Shown: piece by piece, positions 38,943-52,086 of the stretch
How the letters are laid out: the number at the start of each line of letters is the position of its first letter
How positions within the stretch are numbered: position 1 is the first letter of the stretch
Assembly: GCF_018977255.1 (NCBI RefSeq)
Contig: NW_024704742.1
Location: 110,300,001 to 110,364,000, forward strand
Direction of reading: 5' to 3'
Length of the DNA stretch: 64,000 nt
Source: Callorhinchus milii
Lineage: Eukaryota
Made by a program: the position numbers and the translations under genes
The notes under the pieces: model-generated
Told to the model about the DNA's origin: nothing
Seen by the model: only the letters and a program-made list of their open reading frames with translations
Databases searched by the model: none

Positions 38943-41900
38943 ATGGAATAAACAGAAAGAATAGTTGATGGTAAACCATTAAATACAGTTCATAGTAAAA
39001 ATACCCGCAACACGTGAAACACAAGCCCAATTTATTCTGCATATCAGTGTTAATTTGACAACATTTAAACAATTACAATGATCCCTCTCTTCCTTTGCTA
39101 ATGTCGTTTCTATACTCTTGCTAGATCGGGTGAGCTCGTATCACTTGTTGGGGTGAGATATTGAGCAGGGAAAGCCTATTAAAGGGAAAGGCAGTCCATT
39201 TGGTTGCTATAAATTGAACTAGTACAAAATATTGTTAGAAAGATATGACACCGGAGAGTGTAAGCATAGCTTTACTCTTTTCGTCTATTTTCTCTTGATG
39301 TTTTGCCATGCAGTGTGTAAATAAACCAAAGCAAGAGATGATACGAAACACCTCTCTGGTTTACTTAGGCTGTAATTTGAACCTATCAAATATCAAAGGT
39401 ACAAACATGACTTTTTTTAAACTAATGCAAGCCTTTTAAACAAATGCTCGTTTACTTAACTTGAATGTTTGAGGAAGATAAACTCAGGAGTAAAAGGTAA
39501 ACTTAGTTGTACAGTATGCAGTCATTAAAGCATTAAGATTGCTTGAACCAGGTAAAATAAAGTACAGAATTTCCAATTGTGATTGTTTTTAAGAGTGTAC
39601 TATAATAAGATGATAAGCATTGTTCATATTCCCTGTATTAAAAAATATATTTCATTACTTCCCTCTGTGGCACCCATTAAATCCTAGACTAAGAGGGGGT
39701 TAATAACTTTAGGCCCTCCCCCCCACCCCTGGCTGTTAGTATTAGGTAGTTTAACACCAGGACAGAACCAAACAACAACAATAACAACTTGCAATTACAT
39801 AGCACCTATACCCAGGTAGGGTCTCGGAGCATTTAGGTGCAACAAGGCCAGATTAACTCTGGATTTGCTGAGAAGACAAAATGCACAAAATGGTTGGACA
39901 AGGATAACTTTGGTCTAAATGCATGTTTTACAAACTCTGGTTCTGCAGCTTAGTTAAAGCCAGCCTCACAAGCCTTGCCTTATTCCCTGGTGCAACAAGA
40001 ACTCGCTGTAAGGAATCAGAGTGAGAACTGATATCCCAGCACAGAACTTTAGTATTTGGTTGTCACATCATGTGGCTGGTTTTCAGTACTCAGAACTAGC
40101 AGATCATGATTCCAAAAAATAGCTTCATAAGTAATAGACAAATAATAAGCTACACTTATATCAGGAAGTTATGATCTGGACCTGTACAACAATAGTACCG
40201 ATGATGAAAAATAACTGCATTGTATTTAAGCTCCAGCCATTACATATAGTTTACCATATTGGCCTCAGTGTTTGGTTTGGTGTATCATAGCATGACATAA
40301 ATCATTCCATTTTAGCCCCAGGGCTATTATGTGTGTTATGCGTTCTATTTACACTGGGGGGCGAAAACATACTTGGTGGTAATGAATCATTCACACCTTT
40401 GATAAGGATCTCAGCCCAAGCTATTAGTTATAATTTTTTTACCATGTTCCCAGAAAAAAACAATATTGGAGTCTTTGCTTTAACAAAATTCCACAACAGG
40501 GTTTCTTGTCCCCTGAAGATGAATGAACACTCCCAGTGCTTCTCATAAGGCGACTTGATAATGAATATACTCTGAGCATTGTGTATCTGTAATCCTATCA
40601 ATGTAACTGTTGGATTGAGTAATTTTTATTTTTCTCATTAAATGGGTATGACTTTCCATAGTTTTTGTGAATGCTGTCCTTTGGCTGACCTCAGAATTTT
40701 CCTTTTCAAGATTTACAAATGAAATTGTATGAAAATAATGGTCATTGTAACATCCAAAGAAATCCCGAGAAAGTAATTGGCAACAATTTTGTCAACAAAG
40801 CTTTGAGGCAAGATTAGCTAATCAGAGGTCAAAGTTCTGGTTATAACTGGAGGTGAAAGGATATGTGACTGGCAGTTTAAGATATACTTTCACAAGCATT
40901 TATGTCTTTGTGGCCAAAGAATCTCAGAACGAAACACAAAGAAACAGTTATGTTCGAAGTCAAAAGCCTGCTTCAGAAGCGTTTTCACTATAAAAGGTTT
41001 ACAACAGTTTCTGGGGCACAGTAATAAATGAAATATTGTTTCCTTTTTCCTAACAGAATGCTTGACGAAGAAGTGCATTGAATGAGACAGTACCTAGGCT
41101 GTCGCTTAATAAATACTTTTAAAAAGGGACATACAATGTGCACAGTGTTAATGGCCCTCACGCACACTGCTCACAACACCAGAATGAACAGTCTGACGGA
41201 ACAGGTTTACTTTCTCCTTATGTCTCTGTATCTCTGTCTTGGGCATATTGTGATGTTGCTAAATTAGACTGTAATGTCATAACACACTTTTCATTTAAAT
41301 CAGCTGCGAGCACTCATGGCACAATGCAATGTAACATACCACCAGCTGCCAAACTATTCTATTCCTCTTCTCACCCTGTCATTGTGCTATGCATAACAGC
41401 AGTCACACACATTCTTTAATACGGCTGACCCTTTAATGACTCAGTTGCACTGTGGGCACATCCAACCTGCAGCAGAGCAGCATGAGCTGGGAGCCTGGAG
41501 ATGCTCTGCCACTTTGACATTGAGGTCTCTCTGTGCAAAGTTTAGGTAAACAGAATTCTGTCCATTCACATCTTGAAGTATGTCTTGAGTGCTGTAAACC
41601 TGTATGCAAATTTGCCTCAAAAAACAGCTACTACACTTGACTTTAATTGTGTAAGGTACGAGATGCTTTGATGTATAAGTTTCCATAAAAGTACACTGTT
41701 TTCTTCTTTGAATTCAAGTTAGTTTTTAAACACTGACATAGTGCTTGAGGAATGCTTAAAGACCTTAAAGCCTTCCAAGCACTATTAAGCACTCTGGAAT
41801 GCTACCATGTGTGAGGGGCACTATTAAATGCAAGTTGTTGTTGCTGTTGTTGTTAAAGATTTATCTTAAGCTCTGCCGGACAACTCCACAGCATTAAACT

Positions 41901-43181
41901 GTAAACCTTTGTACATTGGGTGGTTCGAACATCTAGAGTAATAAAGTGGCTGCAGCTGTCCATAGTATATCTGGCACTGTAGGAGGTTAAATTGATATAA
42001 CCTTAACCTTTACAGTATTACAATGCTAATATAAGCAAAGACAATGATGTGTAAGCTTGACTTGATTTTTTTGATAACTGATCTAGGTTCACATGGTTTC
42101 CCTAATTTCCTTTGTATATATGATACATTTCTGGCAGGCATTTTTAATTTAAAGAAATCATGTTCTCATATCCTGACACATGCACAATGTATGCTTTTGC
42201 TGACATGTGATAGGTCGTGCACATTCATTGTTTGAATGACCCACATAAAAACATAACCTGACAGAAACCACATCTGTTGATGGATAGGACCATGCACTTT
42301 ATAAACTGAGCAGAGTACACACAATGGGCATCTAAACTTATTCCACAAGCGAAGGTGTTCTCATAACCCCTGAGTGACAAATTAGTGAATGGGTTATGAT
42401 GGTGTTCCTTACAATGATAATCCTCCTTATATTCATGCCCTCTGCACATCTCATCATCCCAACTCCATCAATGTGTGACGTTTCCAACCATAAGAAAACA
42501 TAAACTCAAGCAGCTAGTTTGCCAGGAAATGTTATGCTTGAATCAGGATATCTGTCAACTCCGGAGTAAAAACCAAATGCTGATTTGTAAATCTTTCTGC
42601 AACAGCGTATTTAACCATTCCTTCAGGGAACCCACCTAAACAAACAAAAAGAAATATTTAACAAAAATAGATCTTGTACAAAAATTACCTGACTTCTTTT
42701 TGTTCAACTCTCAAGACAATTTTTTTTGTCTGCATGGCATTTGAGGGTAAGTGTATTAGTTAGCTTTGCTTCCAGGATGGTACTAACTCGGGGTAACAAT
42801 GGTCAAAATTTGTGGTATTAGTAATGAGATCCCTAAATAAGGAATGCTGTTAAAATTCTCATCGACCCTTGAGAACGCCACTGGAAGTAAATTGAGTCAG
42901 AGTGGAGTTCCTGTGGTGCAGTGTAATGTATATCTGGTTATGGGAAGGAAACTCATTTTGCATGACTTGGATTCCTTAAGAAATTCCATGAGGAATTATT
43001 GCAAATTAGAAGCCCAATATGTGTTCACAGTTTGAAACAATTAATTTGTCGGGCTCTTTTTTGGAGGGCTCACTCAAAACAATTCCTATGACATCCCCCA
43101 AACACACCAAACCATGACAAATAGGGGCAAATGGGAAAATTACTAACCTTTCTGATGCCAGACAACAGTAGTGACCCCAAT

Positions 43182-44225
43182 CAACAATAACAACAACAAA
43201 TTGCATTTGTATAGCGCCTTTCACATGGGGAGGTTATCCCAAGGTGCTGGACAGTCAGGGATTTGGACACGAGCAGGGGGTTGGGATCAGGAGGGGTGGA
43301 GGGCAGGGAGGGTAGAGGTAGGAGGGTGGCCGAAGACGCAGTTGAAGAGGATGGGCCGGGCAGGGGATGTGGAACAGACTGGAGTCTGCTAAGCTGAGGG
43401 AGCAGACGAGTTGATAAAATGGGTTAGCAGGTCACAGAGGTAGGAAGGAGCAAGGCTTTGAAGGTGAGGACGAGGATTTTGAAATCTATCCTCTGCGGAG
43501 CCAGTGGAGCTAGGTGAGGGTGACAGAGCCTGATGCAGGAGAGGACATGAGCTGCAGACTTCTGGATGATCTACAGCTTGTGAAGGGAAGAGTTGGGAAG
43601 GCCGACAAGTAGGGATTTGGCATAGTTGAGCCTAGATGTAATAAATGCATGGATGAGGGTTTCAGCAGCTTGAGGGAAGGCAGGAGAGGGTCATGGATCG
43701 GATGTGGGCGAGAAAGGACAGTTGAGAGTCAAACAAGACATCAAGGTTTGGACTGACTCAATGAGATGGTGTGTGCATCCATGGATGGTGATGTTGCCAG
43801 TGACTGAGATGTGGAGGCGCTGGCAGGAGCCAATCAGAAGGACCTCGGTCTTGTTGACGTTCAACTGGAAAAAGTTAGCTCTCAGCGTGACGTCTGGCAG
43901 ACATTCTGTCAAGACAGCAGTGGGCCTGGCGTCGAGGGTGGAGGCAGAGAGATAGAGTTGCGTGTCATCTGCATATACGTGGAAGTTGTCCGCAGATGAT
44001 GTCACCAAGAGTACAGGCAGGTTGAAGAGGAGAGGGCCAAAGACAGAGTCCTGAGGAACACCACACAAGACGGTGCGGGGGCTGGAGGAGAAGCCGTTTG
44101 TGGAGACAAGGTGGAGATGGTGCGAATGGTAGGATCTGAACCAGTCAAGGACAGAGCCATGAAGATTGAAGTGAGAGGAGAGGCGGTGGAGAAGGATAGG
44201 GTGGTCAACAGTGTCAAAAGATCAA
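43182..44225 (-). mobile_element. L2 LINE fragment with RT core
   Basis: CGVPQDSVFGPLLF, FHVYADDTQLY, FQLNVNKTEVLLIG; (AAC)n tail. Confidence 0.95.
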
Positions 44226-44593
44226 TAACCAGGTTATCATTAGTCAAGAAAATTTGTTTGATCTATTTTTTCAGGTGAAACTTATCAGTATATTGATATT
44301 ATTTAATGTGTTTTGTTGCAATCTTTAAATGGGGAATGATTTATGCTTAAATCAGCATTTTAAAGCTATGTGTGGAAAAATGAGATGTTTCATAACAGAT
44401 TTGATGTGATCACTCACACAAATACTCTAGTTTGTCACAGAATGTAATGCTTGAATCAGAATTTCCTGATAAAAAACTGATTTGTATCTGTTACAAAACA
44501 CTGCAGTTTTTACGCCTACAAATGCATCAATTGGAGCTCTATATAACAGGAAAGTATGGGAGATAGCTTGATATCAGAGTTCTGTGATTGGAT

Positions 44594-44677
44594 TGAATTT
44601 TCCGCAATTCTGTGCAATCTTAAATTTTAAGACAGCATTGTCTTAAAGGCTAAGACCACTTGGAATTTCAGGTCTCT
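44594..44677. repeat. Family P, right arm
   Basis: gaattttccgcaattctgtgcaatcttaaattttaagaca...ggctaagacc...ggaatttcaggtctct. Confidence 0.65.
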
Positions 44678-44878
44678 GAAGCTGAAGTCATGTGAATCAG
44701 CCAAGCTTTGGGAATTACAAGAGTTACTCACTTTCTATGACCCAGAAAAGAAACAGTGAATGAGGCTCCAAATACAAAATCAAGGACAGAATGTACTGAA
44801 TCTCAGTACAATATTAGTGATTACAGCAACTGAAAGGATTAAAGTTCATCTTCCCTGCATACTCACTGTATTTAATTC

Positions 44879-45109
44879 GGAGGCAGGAATTTCTTATAAT
44901 CTTATCCTTAAGAACATTATCTTAAAATTCACAATTGTGAAGGCGTTTTTAAAATTTGGTTTGTAATTTAGAAGCTGTTTTTCTGCAATGCACCAGAAGA
45001 ACTACAAAAAACTGAGCTTCGATATTAAGACTGAATTCAAAATTCAATGTAATTTTACATATTAAGACAACAGTCTTAAGCTCTGACCATGAAACAATTT
45101 AAGCCTCTA
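44879..45109. repeat. Family P, complete ~230-bp imperfect palindrome
   Basis: Ends gaggcaggaatt / aatttaagcctc; inner arms aatttagaagctg / gagcttcgatatt. Confidence 0.65.
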
Positions 45110-46223
45110 AATTCATTGTACATCCACCTCTAACCCATGCACTGTCCTGCTGCAATATGTAAACGAGTCAATAGTTACTCATGCCAAGGGTTAGATTGAT
45201 ACTCAGAATCAACTGAATTCTGACCTCTAAAATATAGTTTATATGGTTGTTTCTGGTCAGTGTGGATATAAATCTGAATAATCTCATGTTAGTATAAGGT
45301 GACACAGATTTAATATACCAAGTCTGGATCACAGCACCAAGTCTCAGTATAATCATAGCACTGAGCTCAACCACTGAAACGATTGTCAAGACTGCAATTT
45401 CAACTCCGTTCCCCTTCTTTGAGTCCAGCAATCTACTGCTATCGCCTCCAGGCCACTTCCTCAGCATCCCTAATGTTTGCCAAAGGAATCTTGGTCCTTT
45501 CTTTCCAGTACTTCACTCTAGATAAATACTTTTAAGAAAAGACCAATATTGTCTGCTATTTTGTTGAACAGAAAAATGAATTATGGTGGCTTATTTGTTC
45601 AAACAGCTACTGGCCTGCTGCTGAATGATTGATGTAACATGTTTTGTTCTGTGAATCCTAATTTGCTGGTACACTCCTTCCTACACTGAATGTGGATATA
45701 CTTCAAAGAAGCATTATACCACCTGATGGGGGGAAATCTGGATAGGGTTAAGGGGCACTGTATTTATGAGAAAGTGTTCGTCAAATTTATTATTTGTTTA
45801 TAAATCAAATGTTTGGTAGGTAACTACATCTTGTCACTTGGTGCTGATTCTTACAGACCTGAAAGGTACAAGTTGTGCATATTTGCAAACAAAGCAATGG
45901 CTCAGTGCTGAAAATTACCTTGTAGTGTAGCACAAAACAGTATTCAAGCCTTGAATAGTTTAGAATTGTTGAAAAGAAAAGTAGTGTTTGTTCCCAAAGA
46001 AAAAACCTGCTATTCTTTGAGGTGCCTTTAATGCTGGAGGAGGCTTGAGTTTCATCTGACATCAAAGGAGATGAAGAGGCTGAGAATAATAATGATGTAG
46101 ATGAAGATGGGCTAAGTGTGGTTTCATCAAAGGTGAGAGCTGATAGGAAAATCCAATGCAAAATATCCTGTGTGTGGAGAAATTCCACGTGAGGCTAGAT
46201 TTACTTTATTTATGTACTATTTA

Positions 46224-46546
46224 ATTTTGTAGGCAAAAACGGCAGCCAGTTTGTACACAGCATTGTCCCACAAACAGCCATGAAGTGAATGACCAACTTT
46301 TGTATCTAGTAGATAGATGGCAAGAACACCAGAGAAACTCCTTTCTCTTTTTGACTTGTGCCATGGGGATGTTTAATGTCCCTCTGAACAGGCAAACGGA
46401 ACCTAAATTATCATCTCATCTGAAGGCTGGCACCTCCGACTGCATTGGAGTGTCAGCCTAGATTATGAGTTCAAAGTCCCTACATGGGGCTTGAACCCAC
46501 AACCTTCTGACTCAGTAACAAGAGTGCAACTGAGCCAGGCTGACAC
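46224..46546 (-). mobile_element. S2 Deu-domain SINE with intact head, tail missing
   Basis: Deu domain plus a head bracketed by GTGTCAGCCT / AGGCTGACAC. Confidence 0.85.
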
Positions 46547-47553
46547 AACCTATCACCAACGAAATATAAAACATGCTTTTGTAAAGAAAACATTTTGTTA
46601 ACAAAATCCTTAACCCAATTCCTTGCGGTCAAGAGTGCACTAAAAGAAAAATAACCGATAATGAGGCACTAAGTTGTCATTCTCATTTAGAAAGCCCACA
46701 AGGATTTCTGAGCTATATGGAAGTGTCTCAGTCAAGATGCTTTTTTGTAACTGGGTTTGGGATTGAGGACAAGTACACAGTCTTTTTTTAAAAATTTTGC
46801 ATTGAATTCTATGCTTTCAGAGCTAGGAATGCTTGCTTCTGTCAGACCAATGCTAAAAGGTAGAAACATCTCCATTCTGCATCAATAACTTGCTTCTTCG
46901 TGATGAGCACAAAATTCATGTGAAAAAAAACCTATGGGCTCTCAATCACAATTATGTGTGCCTCATATGCCCATATCTGTCACCTTGTCACTCAATAGCT
47001 ATTTCACTTGTTCAATATCCATCACTCAATACTTATTTCACTTAATCAATCACACGTTCACTCATTCCATTTGATTATAAAAGTTATTAATTAATAATCA
47101 GTCATTAAATATTTCAACAGATAATATGACCAAATGTTTCATTACTCTTACAAAAAGATAAAGACCTGGAGTTGTTCCACAGAATCACATCAAATCTTAT
47201 GAGACGGTAAACATCCTATTGGATTTTGAATTTGCTTAATAGCCTCCCACAGGATGTGGTGTAAAAACCTCACAATCTTTATGTTTTTAAGTATTATTGT
47301 ACACAACCAGAATGAATGTCTTGAAACTTGATTTTCTACAACATGCTCCTGTGATAAAATGCAACAATCTTGAATAGTAATATCTTAAGCTGTTGATTTC
47401 TTGTTATCTTTGAAATTAAGGTGTAATGTGAGGAGACTGAAATATTAAATCTGTAACAGGAACTCACAAACAGTGGTTCCTATAGATGCTTGGATGTGTG
47501 TCCCATAAACCTGCAGGAATTTTGCTCTGATATGATCTGTTTCCTGCAGAGTG

Positions 47554-47921
47554 AAGTCCTGTAGCTCAGTGGTTAGAGCACTCACCTCGCAAATGAGGGA
47601 CCTGGGTTTGATTCTTGGCAGGGCGAAATGTTGGCCGAGTTTCATGACTCCACATGCCTCTATTTATTAGCAGTAAGTAGGAACCCAGTTTTTAGTCGAT
47701 TGGCAGATCATTTTTCTGGGGTAATAATTCATCCAAAAAATATAATACTAAATTGGTCACTTCAATCCACGACTGTTTGTGGGACACTGCTGTGTGCAAT
47801 TGGCTGCTGCGTTTTGTCCACAAACTATACAGTCAATTCACTTTACAGTATTTTCTATAAAACGGTTTGAGACATCTCAAAGATGTGATAAGGTGCTCTA
47901 TCAAATGCAAGAATTATTATT
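47554..47921 (+). mobile_element. S1 SINE with about 62 bp of unrelated sequence at 47660-47721
   Basis: Head runs to cacatgcct; body resumes at taataattcatcc and continues to aattattatt. Confidence 0.88.
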
Positions 47922-48099
47922 AAGCGTCCTGAGATGCTGCCCTGCATGGAGGGCACTATATAAGTGCAAGTTGTTGTTGTTTCACCCACAAGATATACAG
48001 TCAATTCACTTTACAGTATATTCTGTGAAGCGCTTTGAGACATCTTGAAGACGTGATAAGGCGCTATATCAAATGCAAGGATTATTATTATTATTATTA
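47922..48099 (+). mobile_element. L2 tail (47922-47981) followed by a SINE 3' fragment (47982-48099)
   Basis: gagggcactatataagtgcaagttgttgttg, then tcacccacaagatatacagtcaattc...(ATT)n. Confidence 0.85.
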
Positions 48100-48167
48100 C
48101 TTCCTTAGGAGCAGAATTTCCCTGGGTTTGCATGATGCACATCCAGTTCCGTTTCCCCCCCCCAAAT

Positions 48168-48579
48168 GTCTTTTCTCTTGAATGGGGTGACCTGATAGAG
48201 GTCTTTAAAATGATGAAGGGTTTTGATAACGTAGACATAGGGAAGATGTTTCCATTTGTGGGGGAGACCAAAACCTGGGCCATCAATATAAAATAGTCAC
48301 AAATAGATCAAATAGGGAAGTTAGAAGTAATTTCTTCACACAGAGAGTAGTGGGAATGTGGAACATGCTACCACAAGGAGTTGTTGAGGCAAATAGCATA
48401 GATGTATTTAAGGGGAAGCTAGATAGATACATGAGGGAGAAAGGAATAAAAGGTTATGCTTGAAGGCTTAGTTGAGGAAGGGCAGGAGGAGACTCATGTG
48501 GAGCATAAACACCGGCATAGACCAGTTGGGCCGAATGGCCTGTTTCCGTGCTGTATATTCTAATGTATTCTAATGTATT
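48168..48579 (+). mobile_element. CR1 3' fragment, well preserved
   Basis: GDLIEVFKMMKGFD...NFFTQRVVGMWNMLPQGVVEANSIDVFKGKLDRYM; tail (ATTCTAATGT)2. Confidence 0.93.
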
Positions 48580-48644
48580 ATTTTTCCTCTGAAGCGTACT
48601 ATTTTGCATTGCATATGTGAAGTACAGTCCTAGTCAGGCTTATC

Positions 48645-49056
48645 CCAACTCACCTCAGCAGATCGAATTCAAAATCCTCTTTCTCATCTCATTTAATCCC
48701 TTCACGGCCTTGCCGTACCTTACCTCTGTGACATATTACAACTCTAACCTGACTCAAACGCTCTTTTTGCTCAGCGAATACTGATTTGCCTCATATCCCC
48801 TGCCCTATTTGTCCCACCATCAGTGGGCGATCTTTCAGCTATTCTGCTATTGCCCTCTAGAACTCCACCCAGATTTCCCCAGAATCACTCCTTTACCTAA
48901 CTTCAAAACATGTCTCAAGATGTACCTCTTTGACTGTGATTTTGGTCATCTTTCTTTTCTCCACCTTTTTCAGCTTGCACTCCTCAGCTCGGGTGCTCAG
49001 CTAACAGCATGAAGCACTTTGAAGCATTCTCCCGACTTGAAAGTCACTATATATAT
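48645..49056 (+). mobile_element. Old L2 3' fragment
   Basis: gatcgaattcaaaatcctc...cacggccttgcc...cttcaaaaca...ctctttgactgtg, followed by the tail. Confidence 0.75.
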
Positions 49057-49369
49057 ACATATCTGTAAATTGTATGGTATAGCATCTTATTTGTTGTTGG
49101 GATGTCTCAAAGCACCTTCCAGGATTTTACCATAAAATTCCATGACTATAATTATAGATAAAGAACCAATTTGCATACAGCAATTTCCACAAAGAGGCAT
49201 GAAGTAGTGAAAGACAAATTTTATCAGTGTATATAATATACACCACAAAGGTAGACAACACCAATTCATTCGGGTTCATATTTACAATGTAGGTTTTGTG
49301 AGTAAATGCCCACAGCCAATATTGGAGAAGCACAATGAGGCCCACAACAAAAGATTTCACCCACAAAAT

Positions 49370-49686
49370 GAGTCCTGTAGCTCAGTGGTTAGAGCACTCA
49401 CTTTGCAAGCGAGAGACCTGAGTTCAATTCCAGGCAGGGCAAAACCTTGGACAAGTTTCCTTACTCCACACGCCTAATGATAATCCCTCCAAAACCAAAA
49501 GCAATAATAAATTGGTCATTTTCAATCTGCGACTCTTTGTGGCACATTGCTGTGCGCGATTGGCTGCTGCGTTCGCCCACAAATATATAGTCAATTCACT
49601 TTACAGTGTGTTCTGTGAAGCACTTTGGGACGTCCTCCTGACGTGAAAAGCGCTATATCAAATGCAAGGATTATTATTATTATTAT
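49370..49686 (+). mobile_element. S1 SINE, full length, subfamily A, nested in an older SINE tail
   Basis: Intact A/B boxes; the flanks ttcacccacaaaat | acagtcaatttactttaca rejoin into a SINE tail. Confidence 0.95.
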
Positions 49687-52086
49687 ACAGTCAATTTACT
49701 TTACAATGTATTCTGTGAAGCTCTTTGCCACAAAAATAACAGCACCACCCTTGCTGCACCTGGAGGGACAGGCAGGATAACATAGTCCATACAACACAGC
49801 TCTTTTTTTACTGCGTCAGGCTGCATATGGGCAGGAATACACAGAATGATAATCCTGGGAGGGATGCAGACCTGCTAATCCATTTCTAATTATTTCAAAA
49901 CATTTAATTGATTTTTTTAGAAAAGAAATTGGCGTTTGCTGATGATAGAATGACAATATTAGTGATTGCACTGCCAGCAATAGAATTCAGCAGCAATATA
50001 CAAGCAGCTATCAGTATTTACCTTTGAAGATAGTGTGAACAGAAATGTACCCAAAACAGTTTTATACAGCAATGCTTTTCTGTTGCACTGGGATTAAGTG
50101 GTGAAATCCTATAATTTCAAATGTATCAGTATCATTCCAGTTTGGTTTAAAATTTTTTTTGAAGAATGACGACTAAAGAACGAATGTAAAACATAACATT
50201 TTTAACAGGATTTGTTAAATAAACTGAACTGTGCTAACTTTGTTCTATGGAAATTTACCTCAAGGCCTTAGAGGTTTCAAGTAAGCTATCGCAAACAATT
50301 TTAGCAATGCAACTAATAAAGCATGCTATCATAGCTTACGTTAATGAAACCATCTCTTTTTTAAAGCAGAATGAAGAACTTAAATGAAGTAAGTAGAAAC
50401 AATTTTCACCCAAGGACAAAGTACCAGATGTGCTTAGACTTATGGGAACAATCAAAGGTGGCCAAGGCTCTGCAATGGGCCTTATTAAGTCAGGCTGAAA
50501 TCCAGCACCTTCAACTTATTAAGCTGTCAGGAGTTTCAATGATTAAAACCAAAAAGGTCAGACACAGACCTTCAGCATTTCACTGTACTTGTATTTTTTT
50601 CTAGGCCTTGGACTTAATGAAGACACTTTATTTGATAGGTGGGATTTTCCTAAACTGCTCTTGTAAGCTGGATTTCCCCATGGTTTCAGAAAATCTTCAA
50701 AAGTCTGTCCCCCCTCTTTCTCCTCCTCTCTTGTGTTTGAAAATTCTGAGGATTTTCAGTTATCAAAAAATCCTGACCGATAGACAAAAGAAACAGACCT
50801 AATAATCAGCTTTGCATATCGTCACGGAGGAGATCAAAGAAAATGAGATGATGGGGATGTGGGGAACTTTAATTATGGGTTAGGTTGAGATTGAAGGTTA
50901 GTAAGAGGTGTGGCTGTCAAGCATATGTGTTCAGAGGACTGACAGCTAAATTTTGATATGGGTGTCTGATGCACAACAGAACATTTGATTTTCCTGAATT
51001 AAAGGGCAGCGAGACAAACCACTCTGCATGAATTCTCCGCCTCCAAACACACATCATGATGCGGGTATAATGATTACCAGGCCAGGTAAGTGTGTTGCTA
51101 CCATTTGACATTCCTCAGCTGTGGAACTTCAAATATTGTGAATAAGACTTTTTTATGAATAAAAGGAAACAGGACCGGATTGATCTGAACCTGTTTCTAA
51201 AATGTGTCTTTAAGAAATGGAGGGACATTAGATGGTCAGAAAATATGACCATGTACACTCCTTCCAACTGATTGAATCTAAATAACAGGATCATCCTTTC
51301 TGCTACACAAAAAAAACACTGCGTGAGTTTCCACATTAAGCAATAGCTTTAATTAATATCAATTCCTTGTGATAAGCAGTTAAATGAAATAATAAATGGG
51401 CTTTATTTTATGTCCCTCAGAGATTGTTAACAAATCGACCATGAAACAATTGTCATTTAAAATTTCACTACTAATTTTTAAATTGTTTGAACTCCAAATT
51501 TATTGTGCTGAAAATGTGAATGGTTAATTAGAACACCTTGCACAGCTAATGTCTTGCACTAAAAGACGCACAGTGCTTCCATGTGAAGCTTAAAACTTAA
51601 AAGGCATCATTAATTTTTAATCACTGGTCTGGCTTTTCCCATTTAAATTAACAAGAGCACAAATGGGTTGCTTTATCCATTTTGTAATTCTGACTTTGCA
51701 AAACCTCCCTGGGTACTTACAACTTATTACTTAGTTCACATCCCCAGTGGTTTCAATCAAGCAAACCAGGTAAGTACTAATTACGACCAGAATCTCGAAC
51801 TTGCATAAACCATTGTATCTGATAATCCTGCAATAATGCTTGGAGATCTGCCTGTCACACTTTTCAATTGATATGGCAAGTGTTTTAATTTGGATTTTTT
51901 TAATTGATTAATTTCATAAAAGGATTACACTATATGATTGTATGAAACTCATTAAGAACATGGTTACAATTTATTTTTGTCAACTGGCCCAAGGCTTTTG
52001 AGAGCCTTTTAACCCTAGAATGACTGTATCAAAATTTCAGTGTTGATTTTAATTTGACAAATGAAAAATTGGCACAAGCAGTGATC

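Noticed and set aside
45805..46188. 127-aa minus-strand ORF
   Set aside because: Low-complexity Ser-rich antisense of a purine-rich tract; no recognisable domain.
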